Assembly: GCA_041178085.1 (NCBI GenBank) | Contig: JBEGVZ010000037.1 | Coordinates: 12,722-76,721 of the forward strand | DNA length: 64,000 nt | Direction: 5' to 3' | Origin: Pseudomonadota bacterium | Lineage (GTDB): Bacteria > Bdellovibrionota_B > Oligoflexia > Oligoflexales > RGVZ01 | Shown here: one piece after another, positions 60,453 to 64,000 of the stretch | How positions within the stretch are numbered: the stretch's first letter is position 1 | How the letters are laid out: the number at the start of each line of letters is the position of its first letter | Program-made: the position numbers and the translations under genes | Notes under the pieces: generated by a model | The model's database searches: none | Seen by the model: the letters and a program-made list of their open reading frames with translations, nothing else | Told to the model about the DNA's origin: nothing

Positions 60453-61753
60453 GAAACCCCCAGCACGCTGCGCTGGGTGACCAGCGCCTGATTTGACGGG
60501 GAGAACGTTTCGCAATTTTTTTGCGGCGAGGAAGAAATGCGCAGTCCGCCTCGTTCACCGGACTTGAAATTGAAAGTCGGCGGCACCGATCCACGGGCAA
60601 GGGAGTCAAGCGCTGCAATGCATGATGCAACACCAGCTGCCTCACCAAGCTCACCAGTGACTGCTTTGATGGACGCCATGGGAGTCCCCGGTGCCAGGAC
60701 GGCTGCGCAGGCCTCAATTTCCACGGCGTCCGCACGCATCACACCGTTACCGTGCCCGATCACAAAGTCTGGCCGGTTTCCTTCTGGTACGTCCGCCTCG
60801 CGACAGGCGAGCATGATCGAACGCGACAGTCCCGGCGCATGTTCCTCTTTCATGAACTCTACAGGCCCGTCGGAGGCACACGCATAACCATCGACATAAC
60901 CCCAGATCCTTGCCCCCCTGGCCTTTGCATGATCCTCTCGTTCGAGCAGCAGGAAGGCGGCGCCTTCACTCAACACGGTGCCACAGCGAGTATCATCATA
61001 AGGACGCAAAACCTCGCTGGCTCCCAGGCCGAGTTCCGCAGTCTTTGCCAGGTAGCCGCTGTTGATGCCAGTGCCGATATGAAATGGCTCGACCGGCGAC
61101 GCGATGCCTCCGGCGAGGCACAGTTCTGCACGGCCGTGCTGTATGCTCCGGAAGGCCTCGCCAACAGCGCGCAAACCACTCACGTTGAAGTCCATGAAAT
61201 TCGAATTGACGCCACGAAGATCCAGGGCAATGGACGTGAAGCAGAGGGTGTTGTTCATCAGCGTCTGCAGAACAACCATCGGATTGACCAGTGCGGCCAT
61301 GTCAGTGCCGAAACGTGCACTGTCAAAAACACCATCGGTGACGCACTGGCGAACCAGCGGGAAATAGGGCGTCAAGTCCTTGATCTGCGTGCTCCCGGCG
61401 CCAACATACATGCCGAAACGATCAGGAGAAAAATTACCACTGCCAGGCTTGATTCCAGCATCCGCAGCTGCCTGAAGAGCCGTCACCATCCCAATGACAT
61501 CCTTGCGGGTCAGGATCTTCTTGACCTTGCGATCCGGAAGTTTTGACGCGGCAGGTTCGGGGCATTCACCGGCATACTTTACCGAAGTCCCAGCCAGACC
61601 AGACTCCGGGCTTGCCTCTTTAAAATGAGTCCGCCCTTCCCACCAACTTGCGATGTTGACTGCCAAGTCATCGCCCAACGCTGTGCTCATCGCCATGCCA
61701 GTGATGGCAACGCGGGGCTTTCCTTTATGCGGCAAGGTCCCGTTCACGCTCAT
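60425..61753 (-). CDS. Ketosynthase-like protein lacking the catalytic Cys (chain-length-factor-like)
   Basis: KS fold motifs (VAITGM, RPYD, GTVLSEGAAFLLLE, GHGNG), but DFNVSG replaces TACASS and TGELGEAAG replaces TGHL. Confidence 0.85.
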   Translation of the reverse strand: MSVNGTLPHKGKPRVAITGMAMSTALGDDLAVNIASWWEGRTHFKEASPESGLAGTSVKYAGECPEPAASKLPDRKVKKILTRKDVIGMVTALQAAADAGIKPGSGNFSPDRFGMYVGAGSTQIKDLTPYFPLVRQCVTDGVFDSARFGTDMAALVNPMVVLQTLMNNTLCFTSIALDLRGVNSNFMDFNVSGLRAVGEAFRSIQHGRAELCLAGGIASPVEPFHIGTGINSGYLAKTAELGLGASEVLRPYDDTRCGTVLSEGAAFLLLEREDHAKARGARIWGYVDGYACASDGPVEFMKEEHAPGLSRSIMLACREADVPEGNRPDFVIGHGNGVMRADAVEIEACAAVLAPGTPMASIKAVTGELGEAAGVASCIAALDSLARGSVPPTFNFKSGERGGLRISSSPQKNCETFSPSNQALVTQRSVLGVSCSLILSGV

Positions 61754-63060
61754 GAAATGCCTCCCGCTGGCCTGGCTCCGGGATGTGTCGTCACCAGCAA
61801 AGCTGAATTGGAACCACCAAAGCCGATTGAGTTGGAAAGAGCCGCACCAATGCGGGCGGGACGGGCTTTCCCCGGCACAAAATCAAAACCGTAGCCGGGA
61901 ATCGGATTCTCAAGGTTGATGGTCGGTGGCACCATCTGATCCCTGAGCGCAAGAACGCAAAACATCAGCTCGAGTGCGCCGGAAGCAGAGATCAGGTGAC
62001 CCGTTGAACTCTTGGTGGAAGACACGCACAAGTCGCGACGTTGCTCACCAAAGACGCGCTGGATGGCAAGGCACTCAATGCGATCGTTCAACTCGGTTGA
62101 TGTGCCGTGGGCGTTGATGTAACCGACATCATCGGGAGTCAAACCCGCCATGGCCACGGCCTCCTGCATGGCTTCCACCGTGCCACGCCCATCGGGGGGC
62201 AAGTCGGTGATGCGGAAGGCGCTTTCTGTTTCACCGAAGCCAGCAAGCTCGGCATAGATTCGCGCGCCGCGCGCAAGCGCCCTTTCGCGTTCCTCAAGGA
62301 CGAGCATCGCGGCACCTTCACTGGCGACGAAGCCGTCGCGATCCTGATCAAAAGGTCGGGATGCCCGCTGCGGGTCGTCGTTCCGCCGACTCAGGGCGCC
62401 AAGCAGGCAGAAGCCAGCCAAAAGCAACTCACCGGCAAGGGAATCCGCGCCACCGGCGAGGATCACATCCGCTTCACCGCGCTGGATCTGCAACAATGCC
62501 TGGCCGATCGACTGCCCGCTGGATGCACAGGCTGTGTGTACTGTCGTCACGGGCCCGCGCGCATTCCAGCGGGAGGCAAGCAGGTAAGCAAGCGTGCCCG
62601 GATGGTTGCGCAAGAAAATACGAGATTCGGTCTGCTCTTGAACGACACGTCCAAGGTCTGCGAAATTCCCGCTGTCCGTTAGGCTACGGAGCATCGTCGC
62701 CAGTTCCTTTGGACTCACGGCCCCGATGCCGACACCGACACTGATGCCGAAGTCACCGGGCGAACAATCCAATGACTCGCCTTGCAACAACCCGCTATCG
62801 CGCATTGCCTCAAGGGCTGCGACCAGTCCAAACTCCGAGGGGCGATTGAGGTACTTCTCGTGACCCGGCGCACATGCATCGACGGGAAAACTGAAATCCT
62901 TGACTTCGCAGGCAAACCGGACTGGCCACGTTGACGCATCAAAATGCGTGATCGGACCCGCTCCGCTCCTGCCTGCACAGACGTTCGCCCAAGAGGTTTC
63001 ACGATCTCCGCCAAGTGGCGAAACCGCACCGACTCCAGTGATCACGACACGACGTTTCAA
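61750..63060 (-). CDS. fabF: Beta-ketoacyl-ACP synthase (FabF-like, intact Cys-His-His triad)
   Basis: RRVVITG, TACASS, SRPFDQDRDGFV, INAHGTST, TKSSTGHL, NSIGFGG; TTG start overlapping the upstream TGA. Confidence 0.92.
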   Translation of the reverse strand: MKRRVVITGVGAVSPLGGDRETSWANVCAGRSGAGPITHFDASTWPVRFACEVKDFSFPVDACAPGHEKYLNRPSEFGLVAALEAMRDSGLLQGESLDCSPGDFGISVGVGIGAVSPKELATMLRSLTDSGNFADLGRVVQEQTESRIFLRNHPGTLAYLLASRWNARGPVTTVHTACASSGQSIGQALLQIQRGEADVILAGGADSLAGELLLAGFCLLGALSRRNDDPQRASRPFDQDRDGFVASEGAAMLVLEERERALARGARIYAELAGFGETESAFRITDLPPDGRGTVEAMQEAVAMAGLTPDDVGYINAHGTSTELNDRIECLAIQRVFGEQRRDLCVSSTKSSTGHLISASGALELMFCVLALRDQMVPPTINLENPIPGYGFDFVPGKARPARIGAALSNSIGFGGSNSALLVTTHPGARPAGGIS

Positions 63061-64000
63061 AGGGAAACCTCCGCAGGAAGCGGCGGCGCAACCCACTGCG
63101 CGCCATGAGCAATGTCTGTTGCAAACATGGTGCGGAAACCCATTTCCGCCTGTAGTACGCGATTGCCGTTGGCGGTGGCCACGGCCTGGACCACAACGTC
63201 AGAGTTGTGCTTCCGGGCATCGCCCGACTTGACCTCTGCCTTAACGATGAACTGGTCGCCCGGTTCGACGAACTTTCGCAAACGGACGTTGCGCACCCAT
63301 GTGGGGATCAGCGCCCTGCCACGAACTGGTGATTCCAGCTCTTCCTTCACCAGGTACTGGCAGGTCTCCCCCACAATGCTCAGCATCAAAACGCCAGGTA
63401 CGACCGGCTTGCGCGGGAAGTGGTCACGAAAGTAGGACTCAGAAGATGCGCAGTTCTTGAACGCCACGACCTTCTTACCGGGCTCGTGGGTCACAATCCC
63501 GTCCAGAAGACGAAGGGTTTCGAAAGTCGAGAAACCGGCCACCGGTTTCAGTTGCTCCGCCTCAAGGAGTTCCGGGGGCGGAGTCGCTGCCTTCAATTCG
63601 GGACGATAAAGGCGCTGGAACATGCGCCGCAGGTTTTCAGGGTCATCGAATTCATGCATCGGCAGCAGGTAACCGCGCCCACAAGTGCTGATCTGGATGG
63701 GGTTGCCCCGCACGCTGGCCCGGCTGCGAGTGATGACGACGTCTTCGTCCTGGTCGACAATCTCGACCGCCAATTCGATCTGGTCGCCAGGTTCTGCAAC
63801 CCCGCAATAGACCGTAAGTTCGTCGGCGAGCAAGACTGGCCGCTTTTGGAAATCGGTTGCCACCATCTTCAACAAGGCGGCGATTTGCGCCCCGGCTTCC
63901 GAGATCACAGTCGGACTGAGCACACGACGACCATCAGGAAGCCAATAAAAAAATGGCTCGTTCCTGGTCACATTTTTGATCCCGCGAATGAACTTGCCTG
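63057..64000 (-). CDS. Fused double FabZ/FabA-like 3-hydroxyacyl-ACP dehydratase (5' end outside the window)
   Basis: Two hot-dog units: GKFIRGIKNVTRNEPFF...SEAGAQ...AEPGD and GKKVVAFKNCASSESYFRDHFPRKPVVPGVL...FVEPGD. The frame is open to the window edge. Confidence 0.85.
   Translation of the reverse strand, partial: GKFIRGIKNVTRNEPFFYWLPDGRRVLSPTVISEAGAQIAALLKMVATDFQKRPVLLADELTVYCGVAEPGDQIELAVEIVDQDEDVVITRSRASVRGNPIQISTCGRGYLLPMHEFDDPENLRRMFQRLYRPELKAATPPPELLEAEQLKPVAGFSTFETLRLLDGIVTHEPGKKVVAFKNCASSESYFRDHFPRKPVVPGVLMLSIVGETCQYLVKEELESPVRGRALIPTWVRNVRLRKFVEPGDQFIVKAEVKSGDARKHNSDVVVQAVATANGNRVLQAEMGFRTMFATDIAHGAQWVAPPLPAEVSL

Noticed and set aside
54873..64000. Assigning the cluster as aryl polyene or ladderane
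   Set aside because: The window lacks the glycosyltransferase, aryl-loading and MMPL/LolA genes expected for aryl polyenes and shows only one radical SAM gene. The cluster is also truncated, so no product class can be assigned.

Overview
A 64-kb, moderately GC-rich, gene-dense bacterial chromosome segment. The many Cys-rich exported lipoproteins, the CPAF-like S41 protease, the TRL/Bor-like lipoprotein trio and the sigma-28/sigma-54-like promoters suggest Bdellovibrionota, probably Oligoflexia (inference only). The housekeeping backbone is tyrS, ubiE/menG, oppABCDF, miaA, mutL, engB, lpdA plus an E2 acyltransferase, tig, katG, clpP-clpX-lon and fabI. I saw no rRNA, tRNA, CRISPR array or mobile element. 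Four accessory systems stand out. (1) At the right end, truncated by the window edge, is an atypical type II fatty-acid/polyketide cluster: a fused double-FabZ dehydratase with a split His/Glu active site, a FabF-type KS plus a catalytically dead KS-like (CLF-like) partner, a stand-alone acyl-thioester reductase, FabG, a B12-binding radical SAM enzyme, an exported beta-rich protein and a PPTase. (2) A tightly coupled 7-gene operon (two YtkA/FixH-like proteins, a CxxC outer-membrane-type protein, a thioredoxin, a thioesterase, a substrate-binding protein and a prepilin) follows a structured leader carrying cobalamin-riboswitch-like motifs. (3) A divergent lipoprotein pair (a c-type heme protein and a His-rich protein) shares a Cys module and sigma-54-like promoters. 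(4) Four very Cys-rich exported proteins, two with Pro/Thr repeat linkers, are interleaved with mutL-miaA. All calls come from reading motifs by eye; no searches were run. Some start codons were moved from the ORF track on RBS and overlap evidence.
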